A stretch of 32,000 nt of DNA from Candidatus Heimdallarchaeota archaeon (lineage in GTDB: Archaea > Asgardarchaeota > Heimdallarchaeia > JABLTI01). The notes under the pieces are model-generated. The model saw nothing but the letters and a program-made list of their open reading frames with translations. It did no database searches and was not told the DNA's origin. Shown here piece after piece: positions 9,221 through 18,186 of the stretch (the first letter of the stretch is position 1; each line of letters starts with the position of its first letter). A program made the translations under genes and the position numbers. The DNA is taken from assembly GCA_030614005.1 (NCBI GenBank), contig JAUWKS010000002.1:90001-122000 (forward strand), written 5' to 3'.

Positions 9221-9290
9221 TATCCCATGTGGAGCGTCGTGAATCACTGTAAGTGATGAACAGCGACTGCATGAGTCTGCTCCGAGCAAG
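9221..9290. ncRNA. GC-rich structured element downstream of abrB-like gene
   Basis: GGAGC/GCTCC closing stem (9231-9283) with inner hairpins ATCAC-TGTAA-GTGAT and GACT-GCATG-AGTC, in AT-rich intergenic DNA. Confidence 0.4.
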
Positions 9291-9344
9291 AGCATTGGTT
9301 TTCTTCTTTGTAAATATCAGAATTAAAAAAAATCTTTGTTGGCC

Positions 9345-9638
9345 TTAATCTTTCCCAGCGGTTCCGATAATAGTACCACAATTTGGACAATAAATAAGGA
9401 TAGCCTTAGACATCCCTCGTTTTATTGTATCTCGAAGCATATTATGTAATACCGCTGTTTTGAAACCCTCTTTTTCTATCTCAGCAATTTTTTTCAGATG
9501 TTCTCCAATAGAATTCTTTCCATTAAAATCAGTTTTTTCAAGAGCTTGCCTAAGAGTTGATTCATCTGCTACACCTTGATAAGCAAAAATAGTGTTCCCA
9601 CATTCCGGACATTTTGGATCTTTCATAATTCTCACCAA
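9345..9638 (-). CDS. Small split Zn-ribbon protein
   Basis: CPEC at the N-terminus and YCPNCG at the C-terminus. Confidence 0.65.
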   Translation of the reverse strand: MVRIMKDPKCPECGNTIFAYQGVADESTLRQALEKTDFNGKNSIGEHLKKIAEIEKEGFKTAVLHNMLRDTIKRGMSKAILIYCPNCGTIIGTAGKD

Positions 9639-9693
9639 TTTAAATTATAAGGAATAATTAGATTAATTCTCTCTAAAACATTTTCCTTTCCAT

Positions 9694-10595
9694 CTATGGT
9701 ATTAATCCAATGCCCCAACCAATAAAACCGCCTATAACTGACATGATTGCTCCAACAATTATTTGCTTAACAACAGGCTTTTGTCTCACCCACCAATTAA
9801 ATTTGTGAGGAGATGTTACCGCATCTACTCTCTCTTGTACCAGGTCTTTTTTAACTTCATTTAACACATGCTCATCAACTTTAACACTAATGTCTGTAAT
9901 ATTGAGGTTCCTTAAGGCAATGATTGATGCCATTGTAACTAATTGCTGTCTTCTCTAATACTAATATCCCTCAAACATTTAACAGCCATTTCTCCACCTA
10001 TTTGTCCTAAAGCAAAAGTTGCCCAAGCACGTACACGAATATTATTATCATAAACAGCCAGTATTTCAATACGTTTTACAGCTTTTTGTGCAGTTAGATC
10101 TCCTAATGTCCATATAGCTTCTTTTCGTTTTTTCACCCTTAAAGAATCAAGTTGCGAAATTGATTTATCTATACGCTCTTCTTTCTTAATTATTGGTAGT
10201 AGGTTAACATTAAAGAAATTTTGAAAATCATCATATCCTAATTTGTTACTTAAACTATCCAAAGAAATTATAACCATATCTTGAATAGCTTTGTCCGGAT
10301 CATCATCTTTCATTTCAAAAAGTTTGATGAAAAAAGATGTTTGATTTTTCACATCGAGATTGGTGCTTGCCAACACTGTTAAGGCAGTTTTTCGAATATT
10401 TGAATCCTCATTATCTAATCGGTTCAATAATTGATGTATTACCTCATCTTTTTCTTTTTCAGTTAGAGCTTCATTTTTTAATTTCTCGCCCAACATATAT
10501 GTCCCAGAATCTAAACTTGCAAATTCTCCTGCGGCTAAAAGTAATAAAAATCCAAGTCCAACTATTAAAATCGTTTCAAGCACCATAAAATACAC
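9694..10595 (-). CDS. HEAT-repeat membrane protein, split by a frameshift near 9940
   Basis: HEAT repeats (EDSNIRKTALTVL, DNNIRVRAWATFALGQI). Adding one T joins EDSN to LVTMASIIALRNL, a further HEAT repeat. Hydrophobic segments at both ends. Confidence 0.6.
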
Positions 10596-10862
10596 CTATT
10601 TCCATTTTAAATTTTAAATTAATAAAACCTAAAAATGTTTCCTTGAAGAGAATTAAACAAATATTAATCATTTTCTCTTTCTTCTTTTGTTTCTTACAGA
10701 AGAATTAGGAGGCACAAAAATTCTTTGTAAAAGTGATTAAATGACAGAATCACCTGAAGAATTCATGACAAAGAAAAAAACAAAGACGAAAAAATTATAG
10801 GGAACTTTAGAATTTATGCTGTCTTTTTATCTTAACCTTCTAACTCTTTAGTGTGATATTTT

Positions 10863-11081
10863 ATGAAAAAAAGATCTACTTTTCCACCCACAACCATACA
10901 AAGGATCATAAAAGAGATAACGGGTATGATGGTCTCACAAGAACTGGCAGAATACGAAGCAGAAGTACTACTGAGAATTCTAACAAAAAGAACACTAAAA
11001 CTATACGCAGAACAACACAAAAAGAAAATATTGAAAAAAAAGATGGCTCAATTACTCGACCAATTTGAACCACCATATTAA
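10863..11081 (+). CDS. Divergent archaeal histone-fold protein
   Basis: FPPTTIQRIIK..G..VSQE..AEVL..AEQHKKKIL aligns with the HMf-type pattern LP.API.RIIK..VS.DA..AKVL..AKHAGRKTI. Confidence 0.55.
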   Translation: MKKRSTFPPTTIQRIIKEITGMMVSQELAEYEAEVLLRILTKRTLKLYAEQHKKKILKKKMAQLLDQFEPPY

Positions 11082-11101
11082 ATCATTTTTTGTTTATCTA
11101 T

Positions 11102-12049
11102 TCACGTTGTCCGGTGATGATAGAAACCCATCTGTTCGCGAAGATCAGAAAGGGCAGTGAAATGAACGACTTGGCTAAGATTGAGAGATAGCTCGGGATG
11201 GGAAGGATCAGCCTTAGCACGAAGATTATATGCTTGAATGGCATGAAGAGCCTTGTCACGGTCACGCTTAAAGGGAACAAGGACAACATAACGACCGCGA
11301 CCACGCAACTCTTTTTCAGCGGTCAAGAGACGTTTGAGAAAATCGCTCTCATTATACGCTTTACTGCCGGTGTGAACCTCAAACCACCAAAGAGTGCTAC
11401 CACCGGTATGATCAACGCGAAGGCAATTATCAACAACAAAATCACCACTGCCGTCCCAATGGGGAAAACGCCAAAGATTATCAGAAGCATGAAAGAGACT
11501 GCCCTCAAGACCGGCGCGAAGAACACGAAAAGAGAGCTCGGCAAAAGCGTCGTGAGGGGGAAACCGCGCACGAAAATTGCGGGGAAGAAGGGGATAATGC
11601 TCACGAGGATAACCAAACCAATAGGCAAAACGAACACCAGTACAAGGCATGGGATAGGCACGAACAAGACCTAAGCGAAAGAGACGAAGAGAACCACCCA
11701 AACCAGAAAAATACTCTCTATCAGCATAGCACTCGCCAGTGGTCAAATGAATGCGAAGACTATCATCACAATAACGATCAAGAAAAGAGCCAAAAAATTT
11801 CCTGAGAAGAAAGAGAAAATCATTAATCGAGAAAAGGGGCTGAGGAGAACCAAAAGGATTGGGAGTAAGAGATTTCAAGAAACGGCGCTCGGACTTTTCT
11901 AAAAGATGGAAGGGAAGATTATCAAAATTAAGAGTGGAATGAGAAGGCCAACCGGAAGGAAGAACAGGGGGAAGAGAAGATTTGACACGCTTGACCAAGG
12001 AAAACAACAACAATAAAAAATGAAAAAGAAAATATAAAAAGACCAACAA
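11102..12049 (-). CDS. Replication-relaxation-like PD-(D/E)XK protein, likely MGE-derived; start uncertain
   Basis: PHD..AEL, GDFVVD and WWFEVHTGS motifs followed by YVVLV; visibly higher GC than the flanks. Confidence 0.5.
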   Translation of the reverse strand: MLVFLYFLFHFLLLLFSLVKRVKSSLPPVLPSGWPSHSTLNFDNLPFHLLEKSERRFLKSLTPNPFGSPQPLFSINDFLFLLRKFFGSFLDRYCDDSLRIHLTTGECYADREYFSGLGGSLRLFRLGLVRAYPMPCTGVRFAYWFGYPREHYPLLPRNFRARFPPHDAFAELSFRVLRAGLEGSLFHASDNLWRFPHWDGSGDFVVDNCLRVDHTGGSTLWWFEVHTGSKAYNESDFLKRLLTAEKELRGRGRYVVLVPFKRDRDKALHAIQAYNLRAKADPSHPELSLNLSQVVHFTALSDLREQMGFYHHRTT

Positions 12050-12200
12050 GTAGCTAAGAAAAAAAGACTCTAAGAAAAGAACTTCTTAGGGACATAGGAA
12101 CAGAAAGAAAAGGAAGGGAAAAAGACTGAAAAAAGGGTAAAAAAGAAGCTAAGAGAGAAGGAAAAAACTTAAAGGAAGGAATTAAGGAAAGGAAGAGATA
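12050..12200 (+). other. Strongly purine-skewed low-complexity tract
   Basis: Almost entirely A/G on the plus strand (e.g. GAAAGAAAAGGAAGGGAAAAAG). Confidence 0.7.
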
Positions 12201-12202
12201 AT

Positions 12203-13285
12203 ATGAAAGTTCTTTACGGCATCAATACAAATGGACAAGGACATATTAATCGATCAAGAGTCTTTGTTAATGAGTTAATGAATGATGGCCATGAAGTACA
12301 AGTTCTTTTTTCAGGCAAGAAACCTCCGAAATATGCATATGAAATTGCTCCTGTAGCTTTTTATCGCCTTGGTCCGATTGATATATATAAAGATAATAAG
12401 GTGGATGTCTATAAATCATTACAAGTAAATTTAGGGTCAATGGGTAAACTAACTAGAAATAGAAAAGACCTCTTAGAAATTGCCAATTCTGAGGAATATG
12501 ATGTAATCTTTACCGATTTTGAACCAACATCTTCAGTTGTAGGTAGAATTCTAAAAAAACCGGTTATCTGTATTGACCATCAACAATCAATTTTTCATCC
12601 AGCAAACGAAGAAGCTCCTGCAAAACCTATTATAAAATCATGGATGAAATTTGCTATACGAATAATGATACCATATTATTCCCATTGTTTTTCAATTGAT
12701 TTTGTCAATGAAATTAAAGTGGTTGATAATCATAGTCTTTATCCTTTAATCTGGAAATCCGAATTCAATGATCTTAAAATTACTTGCGAAAATCACTATC
12801 TAGTATATCTTGCAAGATATGACAAAGATGAGGTAATTAGAGTTTTATTAGCATTTCCAGATGAAATATTTTATGTTTACGGATTTAATACTGATGAAAA
12901 ACACAATAATATTATCTTCAAGAAAACATCTCGAGATGGGTTTCTTCAAGATCTGGTTTCATGTAAAGGTGTAATTAGTAATGCAGGATTTAACTTGGCG
13001 TGGGAAGCATGTATTGCAAAGAAAAACATTTGGATAATACCACATTCTAATAATTTTGAGCAGCTATCTAATGCTTTTAGATTGAAGAAACTTCAGAGAG
13101 CTTTTGTAACTGAATCATTGACAAAAAATGAGATGAGATATTTCTTAACTAAATCCAAGGAAAAGGATTTCAAACCTACTGTTGAAATACAGATACTCCA
13201 ACCGTCTATTCTAATGAAAGAAGTGTATAAGTTTCTGAATAACTATGAAGAACCAAAGAAAAAAAGTAGAAAAGGAAAGAATTGA
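12203..13285 (+). CDS. MJ1255-like GT-B glycosyltransferase
   Basis: MKVLYGINTNGQGHINRS, TDFEP, IDHQ, CKGVISNAGF and FEQLSNA motifs. Confidence 0.85.
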   Translation: MKVLYGINTNGQGHINRSRVFVNELMNDGHEVQVLFSGKKPPKYAYEIAPVAFYRLGPIDIYKDNKVDVYKSLQVNLGSMGKLTRNRKDLLEIANSEEYDVIFTDFEPTSSVVGRILKKPVICIDHQQSIFHPANEEAPAKPIIKSWMKFAIRIMIPYYSHCFSIDFVNEIKVVDNHSLYPLIWKSEFNDLKITCENHYLVYLARYDKDEVIRVLLAFPDEIFYVYGFNTDEKHNNIIFKKTSRDGFLQDLVSCKGVISNAGFNLAWEACIAKKNIWIIPHSNNFEQLSNAFRLKKLQRAFVTESLTKNEMRYFLTKSKEKDFKPTVEIQILQPSILMKEVYKFLNNYEEPKKKSRKGKN

Positions 13286-13288
13286 GAA

Positions 13289-13993
13289 TTACTTGAGTTC
13301 TTTTAGAATTATTCTCGCATCTACTCCGTATACCCCATCTTCATTAGCTATTACAGGATTTAAGTCAATTTCTTTGATATATTTGTCTAAATCAATAGCT
13401 AATTGGGATACTTGAACAATCATTTCAGCTAATGCATCTCTATCTACTGGAGGTAATCCTCTAAATCCATTGAGCAATTTTTGTGTTTTAATTTCACCTA
13501 TCAGACGCAAAGCACGTTCTTTTGTTGTTGGACACACTCTAAATGAAACATCACCTATTGCTTCAACTAAGATCCCTCCAATGCCAAATGCAACAACAGG
13601 ACCAAAAGTTGGGTCGATATTCATTCCGATAAGAATTTCGGTGCCTTTCTTCACTTGCTTTTCAACAAGAATACCAACTAAGTCATGTTTTTTCAAACGT
13701 GATTCCATATCATTAAATTGGTTTTTTAGAGCTTCGTCAGAATCTATGCCTATTATAACTGCTTTATAGTCTGATTTATGTAGAATTTTTGGTGACATTG
13801 CTTTAATTACAACAGGGTAACCAATTTTTTTTGCAAAGGTTACAGCTTCATCAACATTTTTCACTAGTTTATTCGGTGGGAAAATAACACCAATGCTTTC
13901 AAAAACTTTGAGTGCCTCATGCTCTAAAAGGAAATAACGTCCTTCGTTATAAGCTGTAGCAAAAGGTTCTGGTATTTTATTTGTATCTACCAT
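13289..13993 (-). CDS. acdB: ADP-forming acetyl-CoA synthetase beta subunit (ATP-grasp)
   Basis: GYPVVIKAMSPKILHKSD, DPTFGPVVAFGIGG, EIDLNPV, VDARI. Confidence 0.93.
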   Translation of the reverse strand: MVDTNKIPEPFATAYNEGRYFLLEHEALKVFESIGVIFPPNKLVKNVDEAVTFAKKIGYPVVIKAMSPKILHKSDYKAVIIGIDSDEALKNQFNDMESRLKKHDLVGILVEKQVKKGTEILIGMNIDPTFGPVVAFGIGGILVEAIGDVSFRVCPTTKERALRLIGEIKTQKLLNGFRGLPPVDRDALAEMIVQVSQLAIDLDKYIKEIDLNPVIANEDGVYGVDARIILKELK

Positions 13994-14007
13994 TTTTTTT
14001 CCTCCAA

Positions 14008-15435
14008 TTATTTTGGCGTCTCCCTAATTACTGGCAATTCTTGCCCATGTGTTCGCAGATAATCTGCGTATTCAGTTAATATACCAATTCCATAAACAGA
14101 TCGTGCCGGTGTTGGGTAAAATGGAAAATTCATTTGCTCCAATTCCTCTCGAATATAAAGAGCTTCTTCACCACCTATCGCACAGAAAGTAACCGTTTTA
14201 TTGATGCTCTTTGCATATGGTTTCAAACCTTCCATTAATTCCTTTACATTAATTGCGGGAGGAGTTGGTATGATAATGAAAGTAATTGAGTCAACCGCAG
14301 GGTCGTTTATTGTTTGTTCTAAAGCATAAAGATACTCTTTTGCCGTTGCACTTCCTGTTAAATCAATAGGATTTGCAACTGAGAAATATGGCGGTAAATC
14401 TTCCTTCATTTTCTTTTCAATTTCAGGGGATAAATCAGCCAGCTCTAAACCTAAAAGTCCAATAGCATCTGAAGCCATCACTCCTGCACCTCCTCCATCA
14501 GTAATCACAAGAACTTGATTTCCTTTTGGTAGCAATGTACTATTGAATGCTTTCATACAATCAAATAGATTATCCCAAGTATATGCTCTTATAATTCCTG
14601 CTTCTTTGAAAAGTGCCTCTGTAACATCATCATTAGCTGCTAGAGAAGCGGTATGACTGGCAACAGCTCGTGCTCCGGCTTCTGTTCTATTAGCTTTAAT
14701 TGCAATAATCGGTTTCTTTAGTGAAACTTTTCTTGCGGTTTCTATGAATCTTCGTCCATCTTTAAAACCTTCAAGGTAAATAAGAATAATCTTTGTTTCA
14801 GGGTCTTCGCCAAAATATTCTAGTATATCAGCCTCATTGATATCTGAGGCATTCCCAAAGCTAACAAATTTTGAGAGATAATTACCTTTCCCTAAAGAAC
14901 CCATAATATCTAGGAATGCAGATCCAAATGCTCCGCTTTGTGATAAAATTGATATCCCTCCTTCTGTAGGTCTTTTTAGTTTTTCTTCTGGCAAGAAAAC
15001 CATATCTAAACCTCTTTTTGGATAGAATAAACCAATACAATTTGGTCCTATAATTCTAATATCATGTTCTTTGGCAATTGTATCTATCTGTTGTTGTAAT
15101 TTTATTCCTTCTTCACCTATTTCCTTAAAACCACCGGATATTATCGTAACGGATTTTACTCCCTTTTTAGCGCAGTCTTCCATTGCAGCAGGAACATATT
15201 TTGCTGGAATGATAATTGTTGCAGCTTCTACAGGTCCCTCTACTTCTTCTAAGGTTTTGTAAACAGGTTGTCCTAGAATCTCTCCTCCTTTATGATTGAC
15301 TAAGATTGTTTTGCCATCAAAATTATTTATGAAATTTTCAGCAATAACAAAACCTGGTTTGTCCTTAGAAGCAGATGCACCAAAAATAGCCATACTCTTC
15401 GTTTGGAAAAATTTATGCAAAGGATTTTCAGTCAT
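14008..15435 (-). CDS. acdA: ADP-forming acetyl-CoA synthetase alpha subunit
   Basis: RIIGPNCIG, SQSGAFG, SFGNASD, ASHTASLA (phospho-His), NPIDLTG. Confidence 0.94.
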   Translation of the reverse strand: MTENPLHKFFQTKSMAIFGASASKDKPGFVIAENFINNFDGKTILVNHKGGEILGQPVYKTLEEVEGPVEAATIIIPAKYVPAAMEDCAKKGVKSVTIISGGFKEIGEEGIKLQQQIDTIAKEHDIRIIGPNCIGLFYPKRGLDMVFLPEEKLKRPTEGGISILSQSGAFGSAFLDIMGSLGKGNYLSKFVSFGNASDINEADILEYFGEDPETKIILIYLEGFKDGRRFIETARKVSLKKPIIAIKANRTEAGARAVASHTASLAANDDVTEALFKEAGIIRAYTWDNLFDCMKAFNSTLLPKGNQVLVITDGGGAGVMASDAIGLLGLELADLSPEIEKKMKEDLPPYFSVANPIDLTGSATAKEYLYALEQTINDPAVDSITFIIIPTPPAINVKELMEGLKPYAKSINKTVTFCAIGGEEALYIREELEQMNFPFYPTPARSVYGIGILTEYADYLRTHGQELPVIRETPK

Positions 15436-15672
15436 ATTTTAAACTACTTCCAAATGTATACTTCTTCGTTTTTTTTAACTGAGTTACAAGTGAACCCGAA
15501 ATTTAATTATAAACTTTCGCTCTTTTAAGATTTTTTAAGGACAAAAAAACGACTTTTAATGATGTAATTCTTTCAGTTACCTCTGTCCATCGTGAAACTT
15601 TTAAAAAAAGAGGAAACTTACATCTATTAAGAATTCAATTGATCGTTAAATAAAGATAAGGCTGTGTAAGAA

Positions 15673-16497
15673 ATGTCCCAAATTATAGCATTATTAGATA
15701 AAATAAAAGTCGAATCTAGTTCAAAAGATAAGCAAACAAGTGGAGTAATTTTAGGTGGAGAATGGATTGAATTTTCAAAAACAAAGATACGAAAATGTCT
15801 TATCGCAGCCCATTTAACACGAAAAGTTGTAGCTACTGCTGTGAAAGAAAAAGCAGAAATTATCATTACAATATACCCTCCCTCATTTACACAAACCGAT
15901 TCGAATGAAATACCTCCAACTAAAATGGAATTATTACAGAGACTTGTTCAGAACAAAATTGCCGTTTATTCTTTAGGCGAAAGCTGGCTATTATCAGAAC
16001 AAGGAGGGTTTGATTATTTCTTACGTATGCTTGATTTCGATTATCGGCATAAAATGAAGATTGATTTCATTGATGATTTACACAATAAAAGAACAGCTGT
16101 GTGTAGATATGGTGAAAGGAAAAACAAAATTCAATTAAAAGATTTGGTTCAACTTCTGTATCAATATTTGGAATGCCCCTTCAAATATTCTGGGTATAAT
16201 CAATCTTCAATTAAAGGAGTTGTGCTTTTCAATGAAATTATCAATAAGGACATTATCTGCAAAATCAAGGAAAATGCAAAAATTAATGCAGTAATTTTTG
16301 GTGATATTGATTACGAATCTTTACAGAGCTTACAATTAAACAGAATATCCTATATTCATCTCTCACGCAGAATTTTAGAAAATGCATTGTTGGGAAAAAT
16401 AAGAAGAAGACTAATGGAAGAAATATCTGTAGATCTCCCTGAATTAAAAATTCTCAAACAAGAAGAGTTTGGAACAATCTTCAATGGAAAAATCTAA
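15673..16497 (+). CDS. Degenerate NIF3/YbgI-like protein
   Basis: KIRKCLIAAHLTRKVVATAVKEKAEIIITIYPP aligns with the NIF3 segment ...LDAT..V..A....ADLIITHHP, but the HH pair is lost. Confidence 0.6.
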   Translation: MSQIIALLDKIKVESSSKDKQTSGVILGGEWIEFSKTKIRKCLIAAHLTRKVVATAVKEKAEIIITIYPPSFTQTDSNEIPPTKMELLQRLVQNKIAVYSLGESWLLSEQGGFDYFLRMLDFDYRHKMKIDFIDDLHNKRTAVCRYGERKNKIQLKDLVQLLYQYLECPFKYSGYNQSSIKGVVLFNEIINKDIICKIKENAKINAVIFGDIDYESLQSLQLNRISYIHLSRRILENALLGKIRRRLMEEISVDLPELKILKQEEFGTIFNGKI

Positions 16498-16503
16498 CTT
16501 TTC

Positions 16504-17418
16504 TTAATCCATAGATTTCCTCAACACTGCAACGATTTGATCAGATTCAATAAGCATTTGACCTAGTTTTGGCCGTTTCTTGCTTAAGCCAACAAAGGTA
16601 CACTTTCCATTTATTTTCTTAAATACAATGAAAGTATTCTTTTTCAGTTGTAATATTGTGGAACTTATTTCATCTCCAGCATCAAGTTCTTCAGCAATTC
16701 GCTCAACTGAACCCAAGATAACATTTGCAGAAAAGTCCACTAAGGGTGGAAGTTCTCCTACTTCATATATGGCCAATCCATCTTTAGAATAAACAGCAAG
16801 ACCACTATAACTGGAGTCTTTCACAAAGCGAGTTAGATATTGTTTAATCGAAACTTGATCATCCATTTCTTTCATCAGCATATCTTTAAATGCTAAATAA
16901 GTTGAAGCGTCAAAAATACTCGTTTCATGGATAAAGATATCTAAACCAGGAGTAATAAAGAGATTTTTTGTTGCACGAATAATATCAGAAGCATTATCAT
17001 TTTCAGCGAGTAAATCTACTTTGTTAAGGAGAAGAAATACCCGTGCATCTTTACTGAATTTATGCAAGTGTTGTACAAACACATCAAACCAATATTTAGC
17101 TATTGAGTAGCTTGATTGTTCGGTAACATCTAGTACAAAAACTAATGCTTGAACATGTTGATATATAGGGTCGCTATCACGATTGATTACGTCTTGGATA
17201 TTATTCTCGCCACCACACGGGAGAAACAGTACACGTTGTTGTAAAACATCTCGTAAAGTATTACCTATATCTAATCTTTCTATTGCAGCTTTCATCTCCT
17301 TGGGAGGATTATTATTAACAACAACAGCTTTGATTGTTTTTACACCTGCACCAGGTAGACCTGTTATTAAAATTTTTTTGGGATCGTCTTTAGAAACGGA
17401 CAAGGCATTCACCATCAA
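16504..17418 (-). CDS. Rag/Gtr-like small GTPase fused to C-terminal roadblock domain
   Basis: KILITGLPGAGVKT, PCGGE, LVFVLDV, NKVD and ETSIFD; C-terminal ~115 aa has the roadblock pattern (GLAVYSKDGL). Confidence 0.8.
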   Translation of the reverse strand: MMVNALSVSKDDPKKILITGLPGAGVKTIKAVVVNNNPPKEMKAAIERLDIGNTLRDVLQQRVLFLPCGGENNIQDVINRDSDPIYQHVQALVFVLDVTEQSSYSIAKYWFDVFVQHLHKFSKDARVFLLLNKVDLLAENDNASDIIRATKNLFITPGLDIFIHETSIFDASTYLAFKDMLMKEMDDQVSIKQYLTRFVKDSSYSGLAVYSKDGLAIYEVGELPPLVDFSANVILGSVERIAEELDAGDEISSTILQLKKNTFIVFKKINGKCTFVGLSKKRPKLGQMLIESDQIVAVLRKSMD

Positions 17419-17574
17419 TAAGCGGATAAATTATTCTTTAATCTCTTTATTTTAAGCTTCTTTCCTAAAAAAACATTATTACTGAGGTAAACAAAAACCA
17501 ACTTTATTTGACAAAAAATAAGGAAAATAGATGTTCAGCGTTAAAAAAGCTGAACAAAACAAAAAGTGAATGAA

Positions 17575-18186
17575 TTACGTTTCTTTTTCTTTGCGTAATT
17601 CTTCAATTTCTTTAGCTAATTCAGATGAGCGGATATCAGGAGTAGGCAATCCGGTTTCAGCACCCAATCCAATTTCAGTGCCTATTTCACCCATTATTTT
17701 GTCTACATCAGTTTCATCCACATCCAATGACATCATGTCCTCAAAACCTTCATCCATCATATCAGTGGTCATTTCAATTCCTTCAAAGGAGTTTTCTAAA
17801 TCACTAATTAAAGAAGAAATTTCAGGTGCATTTAGTGTAGCATTTACTTCACGAAGAGCTCCAGCCATTCCTTTCAGTTCACCAGCGAGTTGTTGAACAG
17901 AATCAGCTTGTTCTAATCTGAAAATTATTCCTTCAATACGGGTAGTTAAACGAGTGTAACTGTACACCCATTTACGATTTCTAGCTACATTAGAAGCATA
18001 AAGTCGTGCTTGATCCATTAATCCCTTACGCATAGCTTCACGTGTTTTACGTTGAATCTTAGCTTCATCATTTTCAAGTTTCCTTGATGTTCGGGATAGT
18101 CGCTTATTTACCATTTTCAAATCAATAATATAATCTCGAGTAGATTTACCGCCGCCTAACCAGCGAGCGAATTTTCCAAATACCAT
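17575..18186 (-). CDS. ESCRT-III protein, Vps2/24/46 class
   Basis: Snf7 helical pattern (LKMVNKRLSR..G.MDQARLYASNVARNR..RIEG..FRLEQA) with acidic tail; likely start MVFGKF at 18186. Confidence 0.88.
   Translation of the reverse strand: MVFGKFARWLGGGKSTRDYIIDLKMVNKRLSRTSRKLENDEAKIQRKTREAMRKGLMDQARLYASNVARNRKWVYSYTRLTTRIEGIIFRLEQADSVQQLAGELKGMAGALREVNATLNAPEISSLISDLENSFEGIEMTTDMMDEGFEDMMSLDVDETDVDKIMGEIGTEIGLGAETGLPTPDIRSSELAKEIEELRKEKET

Noticed and set aside
9198-9267. SECIS-like element recoding the abrB TGA
   Set aside because: The UGAN/NGAN quartet encloses only a 4-5 bp helix, and TGA is followed immediately by TAA.
9253-9290. Box C/D sRNA or TIGR-type array
   Set aside because: A box C (GTGATGA) is present, but there is no proper CTGA box D and no repeated units.
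10741-10800. 19-aa Lys-rich ORF as a histone tail
   Set aside because: It ends in a stop and no simple frameshift joins it to 10863.
11198-11674. Overlapping 158-aa (+) and 114-aa (-) ORFs
   Set aside because: No motifs; explained as shadows of the GC-rich 315-aa gene.
6780-12200. CRISPR array near the RAMP genes
   Set aside because: No regularly spaced direct repeats found by eye; the short TAGAAA recurrences at 6836-6872 are too short and irregular.
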